Translations under genes and position numbers: made by a program
Shown: positions 1 to 8,308 of the stretch, one piece after another
How the letters are laid out: each line of letters starts with the position of its first letter
Numbering within the stretch: the first letter of the stretch is position 1
Source: Armatimonadota bacterium
Lineage (GTDB): Bacteria; Armatimonadota; SYMT01
Length of the DNA stretch: 56,632 nt
Direction of reading: 5' to 3'
Assembly (NCBI GenBank): GCA_046292385.1
Contig: JBKBRF010000041.1
Coordinates: forward strand, 1-56,632
The notes under the pieces: model-generated
The model's input: only the letters and a program-made list of their open reading frames with translations
Told to the model about the DNA's origin: nothing
The model's database searches: none

Positions 1-121
1 ATCTATAATCGCCGGCGCCTCCATTCGGCGCTCGGCTATCGGCCCCCGGCCGAGTTCGAGGGCGAAAGCCCGCTCACTTAAACCAGGGGTACTGACTGTC
101 CGCCCTCAGGGGGTAAGTCCA
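1..121 (+). mobile_element. Right end of an IS3-family insertion sequence (transposase C-terminus 1-81, right terminal repeat about 96-121)
   Basis: Frame 1 reads IYNRRRLHSALGYRPPAEFEGESPLT*, the typical IS3 OrfB C-terminal motif. It is followed by CTGTCCGCCCTCAGGGGGTAAGTCCA ending in CA, as IS3 ends do. The rest of the element is outside the window. Confidence 0.85.
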
Positions 122-286
122 CTCCGTCTCTCCGCCCCCGAAGGTCCCTCTGTCCCTCCGAACCGGCTCGCTCGCTGAACAAGGGTTTCCTCTGCGCGGG
201 AGCTGGGGATAGGAAACCGGTGACCGGGTTTCGCCCCCGGCCCCGGGCGGCGCCCTCGCCGTCCTGATTCCGGCGGAGGTAATCCG

Positions 287-1195
287 ATGCTCGCCCAGTC
301 GCCTCGAGTACCTTTTCCGACCCGTCTGGCGCGACAGTTGAAGCGGGTCACCGATCTTTCGAGCCATGCTCGCGACGACGCCGCTCACGACTACCAGGTG
401 GTGTTCCAGCCGCTGCTGCGGCGCCTGGCCGCCCTGCCAGGGCTGAGTCTCTCCCGAAGCCGGCTGCTCGACTTCGGCTGCGGGTTCACCTACACCATGT
501 CGCTGCTGTTCCAGCCGCACGTGCGCGAAGTGGTGGCGCTCGACGTGGCCCCGACCTGCCGAGACCACTGGTGGAGTGCGCTCACGGGCGGTGGCTGGCG
601 GCATCCCGGCCACGTCGCCGTCGCAGCGGCGGATCGCTCCCGGGTGGGGGCCTACTACCGCCATCTGGAGACGCTCACCCGGCAGCGGCTGCGCCACGAG
701 GAAGTCGACGTCCGCCGCTACCCGGGTGACCGCATCCCGTTCCCGGACGGGCACTTCGACTGCCTCATCTCCAACGCCGTGCTCCAGGAGCTGCCGCTGC
801 CGCTGGAGACGTTCGCCGCGGAAATGGCGCGCGTGGTGCGTCCCGGGGGGTGGGTCGACCTGGAGTGGCACAGCTTCTACTCACTCCACGGCCACTACCT
901 GGGGGCGGCGGAGAGCCGGTCCAATCCGTGGGGGCACCTGCGGGGTGGTCCGGCGCATCCGGCGCTCAACCGCGTGCGCCCGGAGCAGGTGGAGCAGGCG
1001 TTCGCCTCCCGCTTTGACGAGATCCGGGTGCTCCGCCACGACCGGCGCCACCGGATCGCCGGCCTCGATCCGGACTTCGCGCCGGAGGGGCTGGAGCTGC
1101 TCACCCCGGAGCTGCGAGAAGAGCTGGCAAGCTATCCGGAGGAGCTGCTCGTCACCCGCGGGTACATCCTGCAAGCCCGCCGCCGAGCGGCCTGA
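287..1195 (+). CDS. Class I SAM-dependent methyltransferase
   Basis: LLDFGCG motif I; IPFPDGHFDCLISNAVL; EMARVVRPGG; GGAGG upstream of the ATG. Confidence 0.85.
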   Translation: MLAQSPRVPFPTRLARQLKRVTDLSSHARDDAAHDYQVVFQPLLRRLAALPGLSLSRSRLLDFGCGFTYTMSLLFQPHVREVVALDVAPTCRDHWWSALTGGGWRHPGHVAVAAADRSRVGAYYRHLETLTRQRLRHEEVDVRRYPGDRIPFPDGHFDCLISNAVLQELPLPLETFAAEMARVVRPGGWVDLEWHSFYSLHGHYLGAAESRSNPWGHLRGGPAHPALNRVRPEQVEQAFASRFDEIRVLRHDRRHRIAGLDPDFAPEGLELLTPELREELASYPEELLVTRGYILQARRRAA

Positions 1196-1235
1196 CGACA
1201 GCGATCGTCCAGCCCCTACCACTAACAAAACGCGA

Positions 1236-1273
1236 ACCGGCCTCCGGGGGAGTGATCCCTTCCGGAGGCCGGT
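1236..1273. terminator. GC-rich hairpin between convergent genes, probable bidirectional terminator
   Basis: 12-bp arms ACCGGCCTCCGG / CCGGAGGCCGGT, with A-rich sequence to the left and T-rich sequence to the right. Confidence 0.65.
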
Positions 1274-1301
1274 GCTGTTTCTGGAGATGTCCCGCGCCGA
1301 G

Positions 1302-1955
1302 TTACTTGGCGGGGACTTCCTTCTTCGCGAAGTACCAGTCCTTCGCTTCGTAGCCTTCCTGCACCCGCTTCTCGGCGCCTTCCTGCGTGGTGGGCGGCGG
1401 CACGATCACCTTCTCGCCCGGCTGCCAGTTGGCCGGGGTGGCGATCTTGTGCTCCTCGTGCGCCTGCAGCGCCTGGATCAGGCGGACGATCTCGTCGATG
1501 TTCCGGCCGTTCGTCAGCGGGTAGTAGATCATCGCGCGGACGATGCCGCGATCATCGATGATGAAGACGCAGCGCACCGTGGCGGTGCTGGCGGCACCCG
1601 GGTGGACCATCCCGTAGGCCTGCGCGACCTTCATATCGAGGTCCGCGATGACCGGGAACTTGATCTGCACGCCGAAGTTCTGCTCGATGTTCCGGATCCA
1701 CGCGATGTGGGCGTAGATGCTATCGATGCTGAGGCCGACGAGCTGGACGTTCATCTTCTCGAACACGTCGGCCCGGCGGGCGAACTCGACGAACTCGGTG
1801 GTGCAGACCGGGGTGAAGTCCGCGGGGTGGGAGAAGAGCACCACCCACTTGCCCTTGAACTGGGACAGGGAGATCTCGCCCTGCGTGCTCAGGGCCTTGA
1901 AGTCGGGAGCCGGCTCATTCAGGCGCGGCAGCGAAGCCTGGGTCTGGGTTTCCAT
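1302..1955 (-). CDS. Peroxiredoxin, Prx6-type (AhpC/TSA family), 217 aa
   Basis: FSHPADFTPVCTTEF active-site motif, GRNIDEIVR, TPANWQPG. Start set at ATG 1955 behind AGGAG. Confidence 0.93.
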   Translation of the reverse strand: METQTQASLPRLNEPAPDFKALSTQGEISLSQFKGKWVVLFSHPADFTPVCTTEFVEFARRADVFEKMNVQLVGLSIDSIYAHIAWIRNIEQNFGVQIKFPVIADLDMKVAQAYGMVHPGAASTATVRCVFIIDDRGIVRAMIYYPLTNGRNIDEIVRLIQALQAHEEHKIATPANWQPGEKVIVPPPTTQEGAEKRVQEGYEAKDWYFAKKEVPAK

Positions 1956-2088
1956 AGTGAAGACGCTCCTTCCGTACGGACCCGAGACTCCCGTCGCCAG
2001 GGTTGGGACGCGGGACAGGTCCTGCTGGGCCGCACGGGGTGTTAGACCAAAAGGCGGACGGCCGTGGGGTGGGCGACCGGCGCCGGTA

Positions 2089-2117
2089 ATCATAGCATAC
2101 CCACTCAGGATAGTAAA
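2089..2117 (-). promoter_or_regulatory. Sigma70-type promoter for the Prx6 gene
   Basis: Minus strand TTTACT-17 nt-TATGAT with extended -10 (TGcTATGAT), in an AT-rich patch. Confidence 0.6.
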
Positions 2118-2269
2118 CTTTCGGGGGTCCGGCCGTCGACCGCTCGGGAGCGCGGCGGCCGGGACGGGGACGGTAAAGATGGCGGTAGGGGACGAAGGGG
2201 GAGACGGCCACCGTCCCGCCGGAGGGTCGGCCGCCATCGGCCCACCTCCAGCGGGACCCGGTTAGCTGG

Positions 2270-2431
2270 CTATAGGGCTCGCCGGCGGCTGCCCCACCAT
2301 GCTTGCAGCGAGTCGATCCGGCCTGAAAGCCGGCTCACGAACGGCTGGCTCCAGGCATCGAAACGGTCGACCGCCCCGTAGAAGTGGTCCTGGAGCCGCT
2401 GGATCCAGTTGATTGAGTCAGATCTCCTCAT
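2270..2431 (-). CDS. Possible small protein (53 aa, Trp/Arg-rich)
   Basis: ATG preceded by GGGAGG; fills the gap between the two peroxiredoxin genes; no recognised motif. Confidence 0.4.
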   Translation of the reverse strand: MRRSDSINWIQRLQDHFYGAVDRFDAWSQPFVSRLSGRIDSLQAWWGSRRRAL

Positions 2432-2658
2432 ACCGCCTCCCAAGGGAAACGTGGGCCGCTGAGGGCCCTCCTCTCCGCCTCGATTGTTCCACGCTGTACC
2501 GCAGCGAAACATGTCCCCCCTTGCCTGCGCATCGGGTGACCTGGGCGCCGGCGCACGGTAGTGCTTTGATGGGGAGGGATCGGCCCGCGGGCACAGGAAC
2601 TCTCTATCGAGCCGGCAGCGCAGGCCGGCGAACTTCTATGCAGGATCGGAGGCGACCG

Positions 2659-3198
2659 ATGAAATGGCTTTCCGGTTTCGCGGCAGCCCTGGCGCTGGCA
2701 GCGACCGGTGCGGCCGGCGTGGCCCAGGAGGCGGCCGGGCCGAAGGTGGGGGACAAGGCGCCGGACTTCAAGCTGGTGGGGAGTGACGGGAAGACCTACA
2801 CCCTCAGCCAGTTCAAGGGGAAGTCGGCCGTGGTGCTCGCGTGGTATCCCAAAGCGTCGACCGGTGGCTGAACGCTCGAATGTAACTCTCTCCGTGATGA
2901 GATGAGCTCACTTTCGAAGTTCAAAGTCCAGTTCTTTGGTGCCAGCACCGACCCGGTGGCGGACAACAAGACCTTCGCCGAGAACAACAAGTACAACTTT
3001 CCGCTGTTGAGCGACCCGGACAAGGGCTACGCGAAGGCGCTGGGCGTCCTCAACGAAGAGCGGGGGTTTGCCAACCGCTGGACCTACGTGATCGACGACC
3101 AGGGGATCATCCGGGAGATCGACAAGGCGGTCAAGGTCCAGAACCACGGCAAAGACCTGGCGGCGACGCTGGAGAAGCTCGGTATTCCGAAGAAGTAG
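2659..3198 (+). CDS. Exported BCP/PrxQ-type peroxiredoxin with selenocysteine (UGA at 2869-2871), 179 aa
   Basis: Track ORFs 2413-2871 and 2902-3198 are in the same frame. Read-through gives WYPKASTGG-U-TLECNSLRD, matching the BCP PxxxTxxCxxxC motif with UGA at the peroxidatic Cys. GGAGG precedes ATG 2659; N-terminus MKWLSGFAAALALAATGAAGVA is a signal peptide. Confidence 0.9.
2876..2917 (+). promoter_or_regulatory. Putative bacterial SECIS element
   Basis: Hairpin starting 5 nt after the UGA: TCGAA/TTCGA lower stem, CTC-TCTC/GAGA-(T)-GAG upper stem, apical loop CGTGAT with G 23 nt downstream of the UGA. Confidence 0.7.
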
Positions 3199-3232
3199 CC
3201 GAGCGCGCGCCGCAGCCAGCGGAGCATAACGG

Positions 3233-3267
3233 AGCGGTAGGGCAGCAGCCCTGCCGCTTTGTTGTTT
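3233..3267 (+). terminator. Intrinsic terminator after the Sec-peroxiredoxin
   Basis: AGCGGTAGGGC-AGCA-GCCCTGCCGCT followed by TTGTTGTTT. Confidence 0.75.
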
Positions 3268-3455
3268 GTACGCCTGGCACGCCGGGTAGACTGGGCACCC
3301 GGAGGGAACCCGCCACGGGCCCTCCGGGTCGTATGAAGGGAAGGCCCCGCCGCTTGAGGCGCAACCGGCAGGCCGGGACCGGCGTTCATGAAGCATGCCG
3401 GCGGGCTAGCCGGCCGGGGTCGGAAGAAGAAAGAACACGCAGTAAAGGAACGAAA

Positions 3456-4262
3456 ATGGAAGCAAGAACGACGCTGTCGCTCAAGGAAGCGCGGGAGCGT
3501 CTGCGGCAAACGATTGAAGAATACGTACGCCTGGACGCCGAGCTGCGCCAGCTCGAAAACACGAACTACCGCGTCTGCATCTTCGGCTCGGCGCGCATCC
3601 AGCCGAAGGATCCGCTTTACCACCGGGTCTTCCACATCGCCCAGCTCCTCTCCGAGCAGGGGATCGACGTGGTGACCGGCGGCGGGCCCGGCCTGATGGC
3701 CGCGGCGAATCGGGGAGTGCTGGCCTCCAAGCGGCGGCGCTCCACCTCGTATGGCCTGCCGCTGGACCTGCCGACGCTGGTAGAGCCTGCCAACCGGCAC
3801 CTGGATATCAAGAGCTCTCACAAGCGCTTCTCCAGCCGGCTGGACGAGTTCATCCGCCTCTCGCACGCCGTGGTGGTGGCGCCGGGCGGCATCGGCACGC
3901 TGCTGGAGCTGATGTATGTGTGGCAGCTCCTGCAGCTGAACACGGTGGAGCCGCGCCCGGTGGTGCTCCTGGGTGAGGAGTACTGGGGCGGCCTGATGCA
4001 GTGGATGCGCGAAGCTCCGCTGGCGGAAGGCCTGATCAACCCGCGCGACATGGAGTACATGACGATCGCGGACGAGCCGGCGGACGTGGTCCGCGTGCTC
4101 TGCGAAGACTATCAGCGCTTCCGCGAGCGCCAGGAGCAGCCCGGCCGCGTGCCGGCGCCGGAGGAAGCGGCGCGCGCCGTCTCCGAAGAGCTGGCCACGG
4201 AGCTGGAAGCGGAAACCGAAGCGATGAGCTTCGCGCTGCGCGAAGCTCGGCTCGCCGCCTGA
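3456..4262 (+). CDS. LOG-family (Rossmann-fold, lysine-decarboxylase-like) protein
   Basis: VCIFGSAR, VTGGGPGLMAAAN, PGGIGTLLE (PGGxGTxxE). Start set at ATG 3456 behind AAGGA. Confidence 0.88.
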   Translation: MEARTTLSLKEARERLRQTIEEYVRLDAELRQLENTNYRVCIFGSARIQPKDPLYHRVFHIAQLLSEQGIDVVTGGGPGLMAAANRGVLASKRRRSTSYGLPLDLPTLVEPANRHLDIKSSHKRFSSRLDEFIRLSHAVVVAPGGIGTLLELMYVWQLLQLNTVEPRPVVLLGEEYWGGLMQWMREAPLAEGLINPRDMEYMTIADEPADVVRVLCEDYQRFRERQEQPGRVPAPEEAARAVSEELATELEAETEAMSFALREARLAA

Positions 4263-4344
4263 CGCGCGGCCGCAGCCTCAACCGAACACCGCGTGCCGCG
4301 GCCGGAACGGAGAACGTCCCGACCGGCGGCATGCCCCTCTCACG

Positions 4345-4372
4345 AGGAGCGCCCAGGGAGCGGCGCTCCTTT
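4345..4372 (+). terminator. Probable terminator after the LOG gene
   Basis: AGGAGCGCC / GGCGCTCCT stem followed by a short T run. Confidence 0.5.
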
Positions 4373-4531
4373 CGCGGTTTCTGGCACCGACCCATTCCGG
4401 GCTCGTATGTCAGCCCGGACTAGTCCGCGACGCCGGGTAGGTAGGGGAGTTGTCTACCTGCCCCGGCTGCGGACCTCGATTCGGCCTGCCATGATCGCTG
4501 TATAACGGCGGAAGTTGCTGGTTATCTCAGG

Positions 4532-4864
4532 TTAAGACGCCTCTGGCAGCGGCACCTCGTGGGAGTTGGTTTCCGCGATGACGCGTACGCCCACCAGCCA
4601 GGAGGGTAGATCCAGCATCTCCGCGACGGCATCCACTGGACTCACCGTCGGTCCGGTCGGGCCTGTGGGGGGTGCTGCTACAAAGTCGAACTCCTGTATT
4701 CCGTCCGCAGGAGGAGTGATGTAGATTCGCCGGGCGAGTTCTGGATCGCTCCAGTTCAGCGTCCGGACCCGGCCTTTCGCGCGGATGTCGAGGGTGGGTG
4801 GATTAGTTCGCCGCAGTGCGAGTTCAACTTTCGTGACTTCGTAAACCGGTTCTTTCTGGACCAT
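4532..4864 (-). CDS. Hypothetical protein (110 aa)
   Basis: Clean ORF with AGGAG upstream; PPADGIQEFDFVAAPP segment; function unknown. Confidence 0.7.
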   Translation of the reverse strand: MVQKEPVYEVTKVELALRRTNPPTLDIRAKGRVRTLNWSDPELARRIYITPPADGIQEFDFVAAPPTGPTGPTVSPVDAVAEMLDLPSWLVGVRVIAETNSHEVPLPEAS

Positions 4865-4941
4865 TTGACTTCTCCTTCGAAGGGATGCGATTACTGATCC
4901 GGTATCCGCGTGCTAACTCACGCGGATACCACTCTAACCTT

Positions 4942-5367
4942 TCAGAGAATCCTCAATACCGTGATCGCAGCGCCGGGCGGCCTGTTGGGAAATGAAAAGG
5001 TAGCAGTCCAAAGATTAGCACTCAATTGTACCAGAGTTGGTGCGAGTGGCTGGCTCGGATTACCAAACCAGGAATTTGCGAAGAACTGCGCATTCTGCCC
5101 CTGATTGTTTAACCATTGGAAGCTCTGGCCCGGCCCAACGACTGGTGGCTGCCACGTATGCGGCTGGTTTCCGACCGTGAACCCTGCTTGGATAAACACA
5201 CCGGGCGCGAAAGTCGAGAGCGCGATCCAGACTCTTTGTCCCGGTGCAAGCCAGAGCCCAAATGCGGTATTCCCTGCGACAAGAGCGTCGCTTGAAGAGA
5301 CTGAGGTCGAGAGGCTGGGCTCCACAAAGTCATCGGCTAACGAGTATGCGTCCATCCTGATCTCCAT
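4942..5367 (-). CDS. Hypothetical protein (141 aa), Asn/Gln/aromatic-rich
   Basis: ORF in the lower-GC patch with protein-like composition; start uncertain. Confidence 0.55.
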   Translation of the reverse strand: MEIRMDAYSLADDFVEPSLSTSVSSSDALVAGNTAFGLWLAPGQRVWIALSTFAPGVFIQAGFTVGNQPHTWQPPVVGPGQSFQWLNNQGQNAQFFANSWFGNPSQPLAPTLVQLSANLWTATFSFPNRPPGAAITVLRIL

Positions 5368-5585
5368 CCGCTACGTAGGCTTTCCGGCTGAAGTGCCAGT
5401 TGCCGTCTGCAGGAACACGCACGACCGGCCAGCATGGGCGCGATCCCATCAATGGTTTCCACGTTGTTTAGCACTTCACCTTCTTCCTTAAGATAAGTCA
5501 CATGAAAGCTTCTCTCCAGCACCCCTCGCGTTGACGAGCTACGGCGGCCATCCAACGTCACAGGCTTTGTTCTTGCCCGTCAATA

Positions 5586-5613
5586 ACTTCCGATAATCGA
5601 TATTATGCTTTCT
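5586..5613 (+). other. dif-like XerC/XerD recombination site with degenerate XerD arm
   Basis: ACTTCCGATAA-TCGATA-TTATGCTTTCT has the 11-6-11 layout and the ATAA-N6-TTATG core of known dif sites. Confidence 0.5.
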
Positions 5614-5931
5614 GGCTCCACCAGCGTCCGCTATGTAAACAACCACGTCTCTGGAAGCACTACTGCTACGTGCCTGACAGATTAACCCCGGTGCTGTAAC
5701 ACCGTATAGAACGTAAACGCCGTGCTTCTGTCGCTACCCACCTACCCGAGCGCCCGCCTTTGGTCGCTGGAAGCTTCAGCGGAGGGGCTCTGCGTGTCAA
5801 GAAGTGCGACAGCACCCGCAGGGCTTGCTCTTGACACGGAGGCTCCTGGAGCGTACGAGACTGGGCAAAGGTGGGCGCCGGTCCCCGTCGATGAACACAA
5901 CCTCCGTGCGTAGCCCGTATCGAGCATCCCG

Positions 5932-6264
5932 ATGTCCAAGCACCGTTCCAACCCGCAGCAGCCGAACGAAGACCGCCGCAGGAAGTTGGTTAAGCAGATT
6001 CTCGCCCCCGCCGTCTGGGAACGCTGGGTGGACATCCTGGAGAAGGACCACGACCTGAAGGTCCAGCGCATTGAAGAACGGTTGGACGAGGCTGTGCGCA
6101 TCACTGGCGAAGATCGCGAAACTGCCATCGGCACGTGGTTCTCGTTTGGCGCGGGCCATGATCCCGAGAAGATGAAACAGGGCCTCTCGGGGAGAGGTAG
6201 ACTGTTCAAGGTCTTCTCGCAACGCGTGTTCGATACGTTCTCGGAACTTGGCGGCGAGAACTGA
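5932..6264 (+). CDS. Hypothetical protein (110 aa)
   Basis: Charged, helical-looking ORF with coding-like codon usage; no motif recognised. Confidence 0.6.
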   Translation: MSKHRSNPQQPNEDRRRKLVKQILAPAVWERWVDILEKDHDLKVQRIEERLDEAVRITGEDRETAIGTWFSFGAGHDPEKMKQGLSGRGRLFKVFSQRVFDTFSELGGEN

Positions 6265-6344
6265 GCTACGTCAACTTCCGTCTTCCCCGGTCCAGCAGAG
6301 CGATTGGCGGCTTGGGGTGATCCTATGGCGGGTTTCGCCTGCAG

Positions 6345-6599
6345 ATGAAAAGCTACCCTATGGAGTTGATAAAGGCGCTCGGGGGTGTTGCCGTGCTCAC
6401 AGTATGCCTGGCCGTCCCCGCCGCCATCGGAATGGTGAATCCTCTCGGCGGGCTCATCCTGGCGGGACTTGCACTGCTGATGTGGAATCGGCTGGTCCGG
6501 TTCGGCCCCGAACTCATGCAAGGGGGCGTCCGCCTGGCGGCCAACATCCTGATTCTCGCCATTGCCGCCGCAAGCGGCGTCGCGCTTCTCCTTCGCTGA
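6345..6599 (+). CDS. Small membrane protein (about 3 TM helices)
   Basis: Three hydrophobic segments in 84 aa. Confidence 0.55.
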   Translation: MKSYPMELIKALGGVAVLTVCLAVPAAIGMVNPLGGLILAGLALLMWNRLVRFGPELMQGGVRLAANILILAIAAASGVALLLR

Positions 6600-6679
6600 C
6601 GCGGATAGCGAGGGGTTTACTCACCGCGCGATTTCCGTCTGCCTGCTGGCGCTTCCGGCCTTGGCGGGCGTTATGGCAG

Positions 6680-6982
6680 ATGCACAGGTATCGCGCGATA
6701 TTCGAAGCCGGCGACGTGGAAGCACCGGAAGGGGCCCAGCAGATGAACGCTCGCCTCCTGCTCGACGGAGGCGCCGATCCGAACCTGGTGGACTGCACCG
6801 GGACCACGGCGCTCCTCGCCGCCGCGGCCGAGGGCCACACGCAGATCGTCCGCGACCTGCTGGAACGCGGCGCCGATCCCCGGGCGAGAGACTCCGACGG
6901 CGCAACCGCCCGGATGCTGGCAGAGCGCCACATCTGCGAGTTACGATCGCTGCTCCGCGCCTCCGCTGACAGGGCGCCTTGA
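6680..6982 (+). CDS. Ankyrin-repeat protein, short or a fragment
   Basis: LLLDGGADPN..GTTALLAAAAEGHTQIVRDLLERGADP..DSDGATA ankyrin consensus; start uncertain (6680 or 6743). Confidence 0.65.
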   Translation: MHRYRAIFEAGDVEAPEGAQQMNARLLLDGGADPNLVDCTGTTALLAAAAEGHTQIVRDLLERGADPRARDSDGATARMLAERHICELRSLLRASADRAP

Positions 6983-7033
6983 CTTCCGCCGGGGAGTCAT
7001 GGAGCTGTCATGCCACCTCTCTCCGGGCAGGAC

Positions 7034-7148
7034 GTAACCCCAGCTATTCGGACCGGCAGGTCTCAGCCCCGAAAGCTTTCGGGGCTTCGCTCTCTGCAGC
7101 CTCGACTTCAGTCGCAGGTGCGAATGCGGCAGTACTTCCCGACGAACC
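7034..7148. repeat. About 115-bp two-hairpin REP-like element, copy 1
   Basis: Aligns end to end with 15792-15905; hairpin AGCCCCGAAA-GC-TTTCGGGGCT. Confidence 0.85.
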
Positions 7149-7150
7149 GG

Positions 7151-8059
7151 TCAGCGCGGGACCTGCTCGTCGGCGTGGTAGGAGCTCCGCACCAGCGGGC
7201 CGCTCTCCACGTGCTTGAAGCCGATCTCCAGCCCCTCTTGCTTGAGCTGCGCGAACTCCTCCGGCGAAACGTAGCGGATCACCGGGATGTGCTTGAGCGA
7301 GGGCCGCAGGTACTGGCCCAGGGTGAGGACGTCGCAGTCGACCTCCCGCAGGTGCTGCATGGCGACGCGGGTCTCGTCCAGCTCCTCCCCCACTCCCAGC
7401 ATCATGCCGCTCTTGGTGATCATCGCCGGGTCCATCTCCTTCACCCGGCGGAGCAGCTCCAGGGAGCGCCAGTACTTCGCCTGCGGCCGCACCAGCTTGT
7501 AGAGCCGCTCGATGCTCTCGATGTTGTGGTTCAGGATGTCCGGCCGGGCGTCGACCACCACCTTCAGCGCGTCCCAGTTCCCCTCGAAGTCCGGGATCAG
7601 CACCTCGATGCCGGTGTCCGGGCAGCGCCGCCGGATGGCGCGGATCGTCTCCGCGAAGATCTCGGCGCCGCCGTCGTCCAGCTCGTCCCGGTTCACGGAG
7701 GTGATCACCGCGAAGCGGAGCCCCAGGTGCTCCACCGCCTCCGCCACGCGCTCCGGCTCTTCGCGGTCCAGCTTTTCCGGCCGGCCGGTCTTGATGGCGC
7801 AGAAGCCGCAGGCCCGGGTGCAGATGTCGCCGAGGATCATGAAGGTGGCGGAGCGGCGCTCCCAGCAGTCGCCGATATTGGGACACCGCGCGCTCTCGCA
7901 GACGGTGTGGAGGCGAAGGTCCTCCACCAGCCCTTTCAGGTTCCGGTAGTTCGGACCGCCCGGCGCCCGCACCCGGAGCCACTCCGGCCGCGGCGGACCG
8001 GACGCCGAAACCGGGCTCCCGATCCGAACCTCGTTCTGAAGCACCCTCAGCTCACTCAT
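7151..8059 (-). CDS. lipA: Lipoyl synthase
   Basis: [12 protein letters not shown] auxiliary cluster motif, CTRACGFC radical-SAM motif, RSSYHA C-terminus. Confidence 0.97.
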   Translation of the reverse strand: MSELRVLQNEVRIGSPVSASGPPRPEWLRVRAPGGPNYRNLKGLVEDLRLHTVCESARCPNIGDCWERRSATFMILGDICTRACGFCAIKTGRPEKLDREEPERVAEAVEHLGLRFAVITSVNRDELDDGGAEIFAETIRAIRRRCPDTGIEVLIPDFEGNWDALKVVVDARPDILNHNIESIERLYKLVRPQAKYWRSLELLRRVKEMDPAMITKSGMMLGVGEELDETRVAMQHLREVDCDVLTLGQYLRPSLKHIPVIRYVSPEEFAQLKQEGLEIGFKHVESGPLVRSSYHADEQVPR

Positions 8060-8142
8060 CGACTCGTATTCCGTATTGCGCGTATTAGCCTGGCGAAGAG
8101 CCTGGCACTCCTGGCGCTCTGTCTCGTATTGCGTATCTCACT

Positions 8143-8308
8143 CGTATTGCGTATTCCGTATTGCGTAGCGGGGCGCCTGGCGCTCGTTCCGAGAACGTCC
8201 TGCCGGGCGCAGGGCTCTTGAAACACTAGCCTGAGACACATCGCCCGGCAGTCACTCGCCGCCAGGAGAGCCATACCCCTCGCTACGCAATACGGAATAC
8301 GCAATACG
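8143..8308. repeat. Element with perfect 28-bp terminal inverted repeats built from CGTATT(G/C) heptamers
   Basis: 8143-8170 is the exact reverse complement of 8281-8308. More heptamer copies at about 8065-8135 and 11361-11385. Confidence 0.9.

Noticed and set aside
2413..3198. Two separate ORFs, or a nonsense pseudogene
   Set aside because: The only stop falls exactly on the catalytic Cys position, a hairpin follows it, and both halves are otherwise intact.
4495..4515. Second dif-like site at the left island edge (GCTGTATAACGGCGGAAGT)
   Set aside because: It shares TATAA and CGGAAGT, but the spacing does not fit 11-6-11.
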